A stretch of DNA of 64,000 nucleotides from Oopsacas minuta (GCA_024704765.1 JAKMXF010000055.1:64255-128254), one strand, 5' to 3'. Counted from the stretch's first letter, positions 46,822-56,897 are shown. The notes: generated by a model not told the origin, from the letters alone. Numbers and translations are program-made.

Positions 46822-49239
46822 CTATAATAGTTCTGTGACTTTGTCTTCTTCTACTTGTGTGTGAAGGTCCATGATTTCGTCATGAAGACGCTGTATCTCT
46901 GTATTGGACTGTTCTCGATGCTCCGTTTGGAGTAGTTGTATGTCTACTGTGGTGGAGCACATACTGGAGGGAATATTTGTGAAGATAGCTGGGTCTCCAG
47001 CTGGTAGCCAGCTTTTTCTATAACTGGGCAAGATCTGGTAGTCAAATAGCCAGGCGGCTATTGACATTATATTACCAGTGAAGAGGGGATCTTGAGCCTC
47101 TAGTTCCTCTATAGAGGGTTCCTCCATTAAGGTAGGAAGGTAACAACTCTTCTCGTTTAATATAGTAGAAAGGGGAGAAGCTAGAAGTAAATTGCTGCTA
47201 GTGCCTTGTACTGGGGCCCCCACTCTGAGGGGGTGCTCTATGTCATGATGTGAGCCAGATCCGCCGACTGGTCCTGTGCCTCTAAATTGGGTCGTAATGA
47301 GATCATGCCAGGACATGTTTATAGGCATGATGTTGAACCTGGAGTTGGCCTGGAACCAATCTGGTCCATTGGGATTGCTTCCCCAGCTGTCGACACTGAT
47401 GTCGCTATGTAGAGCGGAGTGGTCTGAGTCGGGTAATGAGTGGTCCGGACTTGGTGGCATGATAGTGGTGTCTCCTTGATTGTGAAGTGGGACTTCGTGG
47501 CCGATGTTGGAAGGTATATATGTAAGTGTCCAGGTTGGACTTGGCCTTATGGTTGGTCGGTCCCCGATGACGTCATGCATCAGGACCTGGTTAATATGTA
47601 GAAGTTCCGAGGAGTTTAGTGTTCCAGCCCAGAGATCTTTATATGGCGAGTGGTGACTGTGGATTTTACGCCATGTTTTGGACTGGCGGAGCCAGTACCC
47701 GAATTGGTTCTTTAAGAACATGTGGCCAATTGGGTCTCTAGGGTCGAAACCTTTGGCGTAGTGTATTTTGTCCAGGATTAGATCGTGAATCTCTGGAGGG
47801 TAGCCTCTTGCTGGTAGAGATTTTGTGAAGCGTTGCCATACTTCCAGGAATAGGATATTGTTAGACGTAAATATGATGAATCTAATCACCATGATAATGA
47901 GATATCCAAAGTGAAGTCTTGGACTTATCGCATCATAGAGGGGACTAAATAGATTAACCCAGGTGGGTTTTATGTGCACTCTATATTGGCCGGTATGGTT
48001 TATTTCAAAGCCTAGCCAGGCTGCATAGTTATCTGTGCCGGCGTGTTGGATGGTGATTAGCTGTCCCTCTCTCTTGTAGCTTTCCTGTAGTGAGTTGATG
48101 ACTATGTTGGTGTCGTGTGTAGGTGGTATAATCACAAGGATGTCATCGAGATATCTCCCGTGCCACACGTCAGGGTGTCTTTTACGGAATTCTAGGTCCA
48201 ACATAAAAAGCGTGAAGTCCGCTAGAAATGGCGCTGCTGCGCTTCCTTGAGATAGGCCACTCACTTGTTTGTATACTATCTTGTTGACCTGTACGTATGT
48301 GTGTTCTAATAAGTATAAGGATCGCGCCCATACGTTCATGTAGACAGGTAGGAGTTGTGCTGGTACGTATTCAAAGAAATATTTAAATGTTCTATGGACC
48401 ATATTGTGCTTTATGGAAGGATAGCAACCCTCTACATCTAATTCTACTAGGGAGGGGGGCTTTCCATAGTACTGTAGCATACTATCAATGGTGCGTGAAG
48501 CTTGGTCCAGTCCTACGTACTCATATTCAGCATGGATTTCATGGAATCTGAAGAGAGTAGTCAATTCTTTTAAGAAGGAATAGCCAAAGAAGGATATAAA
48601 CTTTGCTGAGGCCTCTAGGTATGAGAATCCCTGTACAAGAATTCTTCCGGGTACTGGGATGCGATTCTTGTGTATTTTAGGCATCATATAAATCTTGGAT
48701 GCGTTGATTTTGTCATAAGAGGATGGATTTGTAACTACTTGATATTTTGATGGATCGTTGATCACCAAACCTCTTTGCTGTTGTAACCATTGTTTGCTGT
48801 GAATACACAATCCCATGCCCTTGTCAGTTTTCCTTATATGCGGGCCTCGCCTTCTTCTTGCATAATAAAATAGCTGTGTTAGTCCCACTGTGAGTGATGG
48901 TGGGAGGAGTTTTGAGCGAGTGGGGAGACTGTTTCTACTTACGTCAATATGCGCGTGGGATCCTAACCACAATAATTGAAGATATGTATCGTTAGGACAG
49001 AGTTGTTCGAAATCCCGATTTCTGTATTCATCCAGGTGTTTGCTGGTATAGTCGAGAGCGACCTCTAGACCCATCTCTCTCACTGCGGTTGGTGTTGCAG
49101 TGTACCATCGGCCTTGGAGAAAGAGTGTGCACATAGTTGACCAGGTTTTGAGCTGTGCCCCGAGGAGGGGTGTGTCCTCCTCGGGGCTAAAAACAAGAGG
49201 CTCTTCTTCTAACTGCGAGACTTGAATAGATCCGGACAT
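46822..49239 (-). CDS. Penelope-type reverse transcriptase, 805 aa, no GIY-YIG domain, ~300-aa unknown C-terminal extension
   Basis: KTDKG, YMMPKIHK..PGRILV, LDVEGCYPSI, YKQVSGLSQGSAAAPFLAD, RYLDD, WLGFEI, RGYP thumb. Confidence 0.9.
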   Translation of the reverse strand: MSGSIQVSQLEEEPLVFSPEEDTPLLGAQLKTWSTMCTLFLQGRWYTATPTAVREMGLEVALDYTSKHLDEYRNRDFEQLCPNDTYLQLLWLGSHAHIDVSRNSLPTRSKLLPPSLTVGLTQLFYYARRRRGPHIRKTDKGMGLCIHSKQWLQQQRGLVINDPSKYQVVTNPSSYDKINASKIYMMPKIHKNRIPVPGRILVQGFSYLEASAKFISFFGYSFLKELTTLFRFHEIHAEYEYVGLDQASRTIDSMLQYYGKPPSLVELDVEGCYPSIKHNMVHRTFKYFFEYVPAQLLPVYMNVWARSLYLLEHTYVQVNKIVYKQVSGLSQGSAAAPFLADFTLFMLDLEFRKRHPDVWHGRYLDDILVIIPPTHDTNIVINSLQESYKREGQLITIQHAGTDNYAAWLGFEINHTGQYRVHIKPTWVNLFSPLYDAISPRLHFGYLIIMVIRFIIFTSNNILFLEVWQRFTKSLPARGYPPEIHDLILDKIHYAKGFDPRDPIGHMFLKNQFGYWLRQSKTWRKIHSHHSPYKDLWAGTLNSSELLHINQVLMHDVIGDRPTIRPSPTWTLTYIPSNIGHEVPLHNQGDTTIMPPSPDHSLPDSDHSALHSDISVDSWGSNPNGPDWFQANSRFNIMPINMSWHDLITTQFRGTGPVGGSGSHHDIEHPLRVGAPVQGTSSNLLLASPLSTILNEKSCYLPTLMEEPSIEELEAQDPLFTGNIMSIAAWLFDYQILPSYRKSWLPAGDPAIFTNIPSSMCSTTVDIQLLQTEHREQSNTEIQRLHDEIMDLHTQVEEDKVTELL

Positions 49240-49253
49240 AGACAGCTCGACGT

Positions 49254-51977
49254 CTATGTCCGGCGACCTTTTGGCTGTTTAGTATTAGCAGAGTTAGGAT
49301 ATAGTTGGTGAGTGCAGAATTGTCTTCTGTGGCCGTATCTTCCACATCCGTTGCACTTTATACTTGGTCTGCCACAAGCTGTGGAGACATGGCCAGGCCT
49401 CTGGCAATTGTGACAGATTAGGGGGTTACGACCCCTGATTGTTTGTGCTCTGTCGAGTTTAGGAGAGTAACTTCTACTTCTGCTCTTAGACCTGAATCTG
49501 GTGGGAGCTCTAATATTGGCTCTGAGGTTGTAAGGTGAACGGCTCCTAGTTTGTGATGGAGTAGGGCTTCTTCCTCTGGCTGGTGACTTTGTTCTAGATC
49601 TTGATCTTCCTTGTTGGTGTCGGACTATATCGTTGGTAGTCCAGTTACTGCCATAGGAGTTGTTAGATGATCTGCTTCGTGACCTAGTGTCACGCCATCT
49701 ATTGTTTCTTCTTCTGTTTCCTCTAGTAAATGAGCTTCTAGAGGTGGAGTTGGATCTCCTTGATCTATTACTTCTAGAGCTGGATCTAGAGAATCTTGAG
49801 GGAGATCGGCCTGATCTGCTAGAGGTGGTGGACCAGGAGGATGAGGTAGATGAGGACCTGCTGGACCTGGATGATCTAGAGGATCTTGAGGAGGCTCTAG
49901 AGTTGGATCTGTAGCCTCTTCTTCCTGGGAGCCTAGATATAGATGGAGATCTGGAGCGAGATCTGCTCCGTTGTCTTGTTCTCCTTGATTTTCTCTGAGT
50001 TGAATTTCTATTATCTCTGCCAGTACTCTTTGGTCTCCGGAAGGTTGTAGAGTCTCTTCTTCGGGAGTTACGTCCAGGGACTGCCTCAGCGTTGTTGGGA
50101 TTAGTGAGGACAGCTGGCTCGAAGACCTTTCCGTCTTGGCTGACGATGTTGAGGTCAGCATCATGATAAAGGTAGGTATGCCTACTTTCACTGAGTTTCT
50201 TGGCATATCTTTGCTGTAGTCGACACTCTCCGTTCAGGTGTACTACTACTCCAGGCATCTTGGTGACTGTAAGGCCGCTAGGATCTGCGTCAGAGATCTC
50301 GTAGTACTTCCAGCTGTGGAGGTAACAGGGGCCGTACTTACAGTGTATATTTCGATGGTCGTTGCCATCGAAATGCCGGTGGTATTGGCAGGTTTTGTCT
50401 CGGTTTCCTAATAAGATGTTGACATCTGCGAAGATGTAAGCTGCTTTTCTGCGCTCATCTTCTTTAAGGGCCTTTGCCATATAGGCCCTTTCCCACTGCT
50501 CCGTAGCTTTCTCTTGTACTGTTACCAGAGCATTGTGTATATCCTGGTAGACAAATAGAATTATCCCCCAGTCTTTTATTCTCAGCGCACTCCCATCTCT
50601 CATTTTTACATCTTCTGAAGAGATTCTGAGTACGTCTATGGCGTCTCTTCCTAGCAACCAGCTCTGTTGGCTTACTGGTAGAAAGCGGAAGGTGCTGCAT
50701 CTTATCTTGTCTGTGACCAGTCGTAGAGCTTTTGGAATGTTGTTTCTGATTTCCCCGGTGATAGTTTCTTTTAAGACGATATTGTGTGCTACCATATCTC
50801 GTAGCTTCGTCATTATCCTCTTGGTTGTGGAGTTGGCTAAGATGTCTCCATCTTCCATTATGCTAATGTTCTCCACATGGTCTGTTAGCATGAAGGTGTT
50901 GATAATTTCTTCTGCTCCGGGATAGTACTCGACTGTGAGTGAGGTGTCTTCCGGTAGGGCATTTAACTCTTCAAAGATGGTCTTGAAGTAGTTTTTCTGG
51001 ATTGATGTTATTAGGTTGTTAAGCTGAGACGAGAGGACAATAAGATGGGAGGTTTCGTTCTGAATCATTGATATTGTGTTGTCCAGCAGCTTGGCTGCGA
51101 CCTCCTTCTTAAATTCGTCTCGCTGACGGGTGGCATGATGTCTAGCGAGGACTTCTTTCTCTGCGTCTTTCAGCCAAGAGGTAGGTATTATAGATCGGAG
51201 GTTTCTGTATTCCTCCTCATCTAGATTTGGGTCGATTCCGACCTGGGTCACCCAGGCTTCGACGTACTTTCGGGACTTTTCCATCCTGTCGAGCCTGTGT
51301 CCTAGAGAGTATAATTGTGTATACTTCTTCTGCAGTTCTGTGGTCTTTCTCTTGAGGAAGGCGTTGGTGAATTTCCTAGTGTGGTTTTTGAGAAAGGATA
51401 TTAAGGTTTGCTTCTTGTGTGATCCTGACGGTCGGAGTCTCAGATTGTCTTGGACGATCTTTCTTAAGAAGCCGGTGTCAAAACCGTATCGTCTATTATC
51501 CTCATGAAGAGAGGAATATTTATTTACTCCCAGTTCCCGTATGTCAGGACGGGATTCAGCAGCTGGGTGTACATTTAATTGTACTGTCTTTGACTTCATT
51601 ATCCCAGGCTTGGTAGGGACTGGGTTCATTCCTGCAGCAATGTCTTCTAGTAGAGCAGCCAGTTCGTCATCTAGTTTTCCGGATGCTCTGTACATCTCTA
51701 TGGTGTCCGCTATGTGAGGCTTCTTGGGGATGAATGGCGCGGCATCGCTATCCAACTTTGATGTGGGGAGCGCATTCATCCTGAAGCGGTCTTCTTCTAT
51801 GAGTGCAGACAGCTGGGCTGTGTCTGCAATGTGCGTGACTTTTCTCGCACGGGGTTCTTCTGTCGATGAGGATGGGACAGACATCTCATCGGGTGACTTA
51901 GTTCGCACGCTCGACATGGAGGGTGCATCTGGAGTGAGTCCATCTGGTTTGGAATAGTGAGCGAGGAAATGTCCCAA
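49254..51977 (-). CDS. Gag-like nucleic-acid-binding ORF1: coiled coil, Cys/His cluster, RS domain, two CCHC zinc knuckles
   Basis: CHNCQRPGHVSTAC and CNGCGRYGHRRQFC; long RS/SR tract; the track start is TTG, the first ATG is at 51917, and the frame is open up to 52133. Confidence 0.85.
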   Translation of the reverse strand: MGHFLAHYSKPDGLTPDAPSMSSVRTKSPDEMSVPSSSTEEPRARKVTHIADTAQLSALIEEDRFRMNALPTSKLDSDAAPFIPKKPHIADTIEMYRASGKLDDELAALLEDIAAGMNPVPTKPGIMKSKTVQLNVHPAAESRPDIRELGVNKYSSLHEDNRRYGFDTGFLRKIVQDNLRLRPSGSHKKQTLISFLKNHTRKFTNAFLKRKTTELQKKYTQLYSLGHRLDRMEKSRKYVEAWVTQVGIDPNLDEEEYRNLRSIIPTSWLKDAEKEVLARHHATRQRDEFKKEVAAKLLDNTISMIQNETSHLIVLSSQLNNLITSIQKNYFKTIFEELNALPEDTSLTVEYYPGAEEIINTFMLTDHVENISIMEDGDILANSTTKRIMTKLRDMVAHNIVLKETITGEIRNNIPKALRLVTDKIRCSTFRFLPVSQQSWLLGRDAIDVLRISSEDVKMRDGSALRIKDWGIILFVYQDIHNALVTVQEKATEQWERAYMAKALKEDERRKAAYIFADVNILLGNRDKTCQYHRHFDGNDHRNIHCKYGPCYLHSWKYYEISDADPSGLTVTKMPGVVVHLNGECRLQQRYAKKLSESRHTYLYHDADLNIVSQDGKVFEPAVLTNPNNAEAVPGRNSRRRDSTTFRRPKSTGRDNRNSTQRKSRRTRQRSRSRSRSPSISRLPGRRGYRSNSRASSRSSRSSRSSRSSSTSSSWSTTSSRSGRSPSRFSRSSSRSNRSRRSNSTSRSSFTRGNRRRNNRWRDTRSRSRSSNNSYGSNWTTNDIVRHQQGRSRSRTKSPARGRSPTPSQTRSRSPYNLRANIRAPTRFRSKSRSRSYSPKLDRAQTIRGRNPLICHNCQRPGHVSTACGRPSIKCNGCGRYGHRRQFCTHQLYPNSANTKQPKGRRT

Positions 51978-52549
51978 TCTGGCGGCTGAGATGTTGAATC
52001 CAGTGAGGAAGGTAAGAGGGGCTTCTGTGACAACATCTCGGTCTTTGCCTTTTGAGGTAGTATAGCTGAAACCAATGCTGGCGTACCAGTACGGACATCT
52101 CCCGCATTGTCTGCAAAGTATTGCGAAGCTGATCTAGACGAGTTCCTAATATAGCGGACGATGAGTGCTCGTCTGGTGACATAAAAGAAATCGAGGAACT
52201 CCTTGTCGGTCCAATTAAGAGTGGAAATGATCCCGTCCAGGACGAAATCCTCTGTAGTAGGGTGTATTCCTCCCATGTTGAGTCCTTTGGCTCCGAGTCT
52301 TGCGAAGTCTGTTCCTTCTCCGACCCATACTCCTCTTCCATACATGCCAATGCCTCCCGAAATTGCACTGCCAGGAGGGTATATAAGCTCCTCATCATCA
52401 GTTTGTATAAGATCTGGGGGTCTTGTAACTGGTATGCCATCAAGAGAGGGAGGGGGATTTTCACCTGTAAATATTCTAAGATGTGGTCTACGTGGTGGAA
52501 TAATATCATCAGTAGACACAGAAATGATATCGGCTTCGTTAGTCGCCAT
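51797..52549 (-). CDS. ORF0 of the retroelement, 250 aa, overlapping ORF1
   Basis: ATG in a strong context (A at -3, G at +4) 6 nt inside the 5' repeat; no known motif. Confidence 0.55.
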   Translation of the reverse strand: MATNEADIISVSTDDIIPPRRPHLRIFTGENPPPSLDGIPVTRPPDLIQTDDEELIYPPGSAISGGIGMYGRGVWVGEGTDFARLGAKGLNMGGIHPTTEDFVLDGIISTLNWTDKEFLDFFYVTRRALIVRYIRNSSRSASQYFADNAGDVRTGTPALVSAILPQKAKTEMLSQKPLLPSSLDSTSQPPDWDISSLTIPNQMDSLQMHPPCRACELSHPMRCLSHPHRQKNPVREKSRTLQTQPSCLHS

Positions 52550-52599
52550 AATTTTCTATGTTGAAAACAAATTATCGTATAAAGGTAACAACATGTTGT

Positions 52600-53196
52600 C
52601 TAAAATAGATCTAATGGAACTGTCAACAGACCAAGCAAATTTTCTTTTAGTTTATTGCTAAGATTCGTTTCAGAAATTGACTGAGTTGCAAAAGGAGTAG
52701 TAATCCAAGTATTTGTCAAATCTCTTAGATCTATTTCAGAAAAATACTTCAGAAAAGTATTCGCAAGTATTGTTAGGTGATTGCTAATTATTACCATCAC
52801 TCTCCCTGTGAGAACTACATTTTCAATGATAAGATTGCTGAGCGAATCAAAAGTGGTGATATCTCCTTTTTCAACTTGAGTAACCCCCTAATACAATACT
52901 TTCTTGTAAAAGCCTTTCACTTTGTCATGTGCCTGAAAAATATTAATATCAAATCCTTGCAACTGAAGATTTAGCTCGTGTATTTTACTGAATACGTCTG
53001 TAAGATAAGCTAATTGACAAACCCAGTCTTCGTCCAAAAATGAACTTTCAAATCAGATTTCATATCTGAGAGAAAAGTACATACTTCGTGTCTCATTTCA
53101 AAAAGTCTCGTCAAGACTCGTCCTCTCGACAACCACCTGACCTCAGTATGCAACAATGATTGCGTGTGGTTTGCCCCCATTTCTTCACACATTATT
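52600..53196 (-). mobile_element. hAT transposase fragment downstream of the TTAA insertion site
   Basis: KIMCEEMG...HTEVRWLSRGRVLTRLFE...YFSE...WITTPF; joins 46244 in frame across a single TTAA (SRLFKIMCEEMG). Confidence 0.85.
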
Positions 53197-53200
53197 TTAA

Positions 53201-55600
53201 GGGGAAAGTATCCTGAAACAACCTTATAGTGAAAGTATTTGATAAATTTGGCCCAAATTTCTAGTAGGTTTCTGACCCCCTTCGATCCTTCCAAAAATGC
53301 ATTAATATTAGCAAGTATTAAAAATCTAAATTCCTATTTGAAATTTATGGATCAAATTTCTAGAAATAATTTAAAATTTTCAAAAGGCTAATTACATTCA
53401 ATAACTGTTTTAAAACGTTCAATACATTTACAAATAGCTTTTCTACTCACTCGATTTTCTATAAAACAACCAGGAAGTAATTTTGGATTTCCCAAGCTTT
53501 GGTTGAATTTACATGTGGGCATTAAAAATATTTTATTTAAATTATCGTATTTTTAGACTTTAAATCAAAGTTCGAAAGATTAGAAAAGTTACAAAACTGC
53601 CTAAGCTACCAGAATCCGTTTACAAATCAGTAATCGGTAATATATATTTAAAATTATGATTTTTAGACATGGAAATTTTTACATTCTGAGATAATCGCCC
53701 AGAAAGTAAGAAATTTACATAGAATGATGTTTTCAATAGTTTAAAGGCTGGAATATGCTAGTATACTAAGAATACAACTAAATACAATAATATATTACAA
53801 GAGAACACAACTATACTATCGTAAAAGATACATAAATAGGGTATATCTATGATCGCTGACACGTAGGACATATCCATAGCTCTTCCGCATTTACACACAA
53901 AACACTACCATAAATATTATTCAGACAGAAATTATGAAACCAGCTATTACACACATCAAAACAGGTCCAATCAAATACATCTATCTTAGCAACCTTTTTA
54001 CTATTAGATTTAGCACCACTGTTCTCATCACCACCACACAACATACAACAAACATCACTACTAACACTTACATGTGAATATGCACCACTCTTATATCCAT
54101 CACCTAATCTCTTCCTCCTGCGTTTGGATTGCTTTATTGACCATCTACGTTTCGTGTACTCTTTACCTTTCTTTAATTTGCTAAAATCTATTCTATCATT
54201 ATCAGACGAACTACAGAAGCGTATAAAGGATTGTGAAGGTTGCAATCCTAACTCCCTAACTAAATCTGTAATACCAGCAAAACCATCATTGTACTTAATG
54301 ACAGCGAGGCTTGATCCAAAATGCATCAGGTCCAGGTCAATTGCTCTTGTTTTAGGAATAAAAGACCAAATGACATTGTGCAAACTTTCATTCAAGTTTG
54401 ATGTCCTACCCGCCTTCACCTTATCTAAAAATGAAAGTGTCATATAGGGTCCTAGGATTTCAATGAGCCGGTCTTTGCATGATTGAGAGAGAGCTGTTGG
54501 ATGTGAAGGTATGGGATCTCCTAAGAATTTTGCTCTCCTATAGTGACACCAAGAGCTCTCACCTTCAGGACAAAACTGATGCATTTCGGAGCAATTCTCG
54601 TCTGTAGCTGCTAAATGGTAAACTATGGCCAATAATAAATCCCGAATTTCAGGTAATGTAGAAGTAGAATTAGATTTTATGGTATAACCATACAGGGAGG
54701 TGATTTTGTCAATAGTAGAGTCTGATAGTAATTCGATGTCAAAACTACTTTTATCTAAATCACTATCGTCCCATTTTTCCCTTACTAATTTAGAGTCACG
54801 AAACGTAAAAGGTCTATAAGCCTGCCTAATATGCTTCTTCGCTTTCTCAGTTTTAGCTACAGCCAACTCATGTAGCATCAATGTTTTTTGAGAAGCTATA
54901 AATTGCTTCTGTTTTTCCACCAAATGTATTTTGATACGTTTTTGCACGTGACTAAGGCATTCCTCACGTGAAATAACAACTCCATATTCACCATAAATAT
55001 CAATGTCGACCAAGATATTCATACTTTTGTCATCCCCATCCGCAACCACAGTAGAATATAATAATTTTTGGTCAATAGACTTACGAAAACAACAGGAGCT
55101 AACTTAGACTCTAAAGCCACGGAAGTATAATCCCCATATTCCTTTGCTTGGCATGTTTCCCGTGCTCGACTAGCCATAGGAAATAATCCTCCTTAGACAA
55201 CCTCTTGCTTTTAGAGCTTCTTGTTTTTCGACACAATATCAACAACCGTTGCAAGCAACTTCAAAGCTTAGTATTTAGCCGCTTTCTATGGAAATGGCTG
55301 CAGCAAAACAGTACCTCGCAAATCCGCCACCACCTTTCCCTGTCCTTTTTTGATAGGCACCATCATACGAAACTGCAACACTCAGAAATTCATCCCCTTG
55401 TTTTATGATACATGTTTCTCAACTTTTCAGCAGCACGGTTACAGCTGCGTACAGCCATTACCATAGAAACCATTGATAAATGTTTTTGGGTTGCATAAAA
55501 TGCCCTATTAGCAAGGGTGGGGGATAAACCAATGATTGAATTCATAATATCAATCCCACTTTTACCAATCCCAGCAAGCTTACCACCCAATACTTGTAAC
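53201..55600 (-). mobile_element. 3' part of the Kolobok-like transposon with catalytic region and PHD finger
   Basis: AVSYDGAYQKR, ADGDDKS, EECLSHVQKR, TSNLNESLHNVIW and a C-terminal PHD-like finger (ORF 53847-55049); terminus GGGGAAAGTATCC at 53201-53213 beside TTAA at 53197-53200. Confidence 0.8.
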
Positions 55601-56897
55601 TGTTGTTAATATTTTGAAGTTAATATTTCCTAAGGTGTTCGTACCTAATCACACAAGATTTATAAATTGAGTTACTGTACATGGAAAATATGTATTTATT
55701 TATTTATTACCCAACTTTGGCTGATTTAGATTGTACGTCTCGTTGAGAAGATTGATATTTCTAGCACACATATCTAATTCATGCAATCTTGCAATCAATA
55801 TTTCATCCAACTCTTGGTGAACTTTCTCCTCCTTCTCAGAAAGAGATTGTCGGATCTGATCAAATTTCCGATTCAAGTCAGCATGCTGACCCTTGATGAC
55901 TCTCCTGATTTTGTCCTTGGCTAGAAGAACCTCCTGGTTATTCGACCTCTCATGGATATTTCCATCAGAATATGCTGGAAGTTGACTCATATGTAAAGGC
56001 TAATAGTTCCAGAAATCAGTATATTAATATCTATTTGATTATTAATTCCTATTTATCATAGATGAAATTGTATAACTCTTGTTTTAGAATGAGAATAACA
56101 TTAAACAATTTGGAAATTCCTCCAAGACTATAATCAGTGAATGAATTGTTGATGGATTAGGAGTATAATGTCAGTTCATTAACATCATTACTTGCATAAT
56201 TAAGCCACTGTTATACAAGTTTGTTGCGTCACGCTTAAGTGGTCAATTGTGGCCGACACAATGAATATTCGAGTCAGAAAGTGTCAAAATTCTATGTATA
56301 AATGAATGATTAAGTCTTTTTCTACGCTATCGACAGCACCAATTGAGTTAATAGTGTCGTATTAACAAATTTTCAATATTCCTCTACTAGCCAAGTTACG
56401 TGTGTTAAATAAATCATATTGACTACCTCTAGTTGTAAGAGTATTCAATTCTTGCAGTCTAGCATTATAAGTTATTAAGAACATAATTATGGGAATAAGT
56501 CTCTAGTGATAAATACTAACTAGCAAGTTAACTCTATAACTAAAGGGGAAATACTCTTTCAATTGTTGCTTCTCCAACTTCCTACACTCACTGAGTGGAG
56601 GAAGAGTATTTTGGTAACTTTATATCATAGAGGCTAAGATATATTTCAATTTTGATCAGACTAATACTGTAACTAATATGTCACATCCCGGTAGCCCAGC
56701 GTATCCCGGTAAAATACTGCGTAGGAGTGGCTGTGACCAGCTGTTCTAGGGTAACGCAAAAATTTATTCAAGTCATATTATTGTATTATATAAAATGACT
56801 TGAATGAATATTTGCTGCTAGACTGCTGGATTTCGCACGGCGCGCGGACGTACATATCACATCGTCCATGCCATTAGGGCATCTCCCTATAGGAGCT

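Larger units (their letters stand above)
46531..52592 (-). mobile_element. Endonuclease-lacking Penelope-like retroelement with a Gag-like ORF, 6062 bp, bounded by 37-bp direct repeats
   Basis: Uninterrupted long ORFs, visibly higher GC than the flanks, PLE-type RT; identical 37-mer at 46531-46567 and 52556-52592. Confidence 0.85.

Noticed and set aside
46740-46830. Possible hammerhead ribozyme in the PLE 3' UTR (ATGACGA plus small stems GGCAG/CTGCC and GCC-CTTT-GGC)
   Set aside because: No CUGANGA...GAAA core in the correct stem order; a covariance-model search would be needed.
49625-50206. Alternative-frame ORF (193 aa) and antisense D/L-rich ORF 49660-49914
   Set aside because: Shadows of the repetitive RS-coding sequence of ORF1.
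46531-52592. LTR, DIRS or endogenous-virus classification
   Set aside because: No long LTRs, PBS/PPT, protease, integrase or tyrosine recombinase; the RT motifs (PKIHK, LDV..YPSI, RGYP) are PLE-type.
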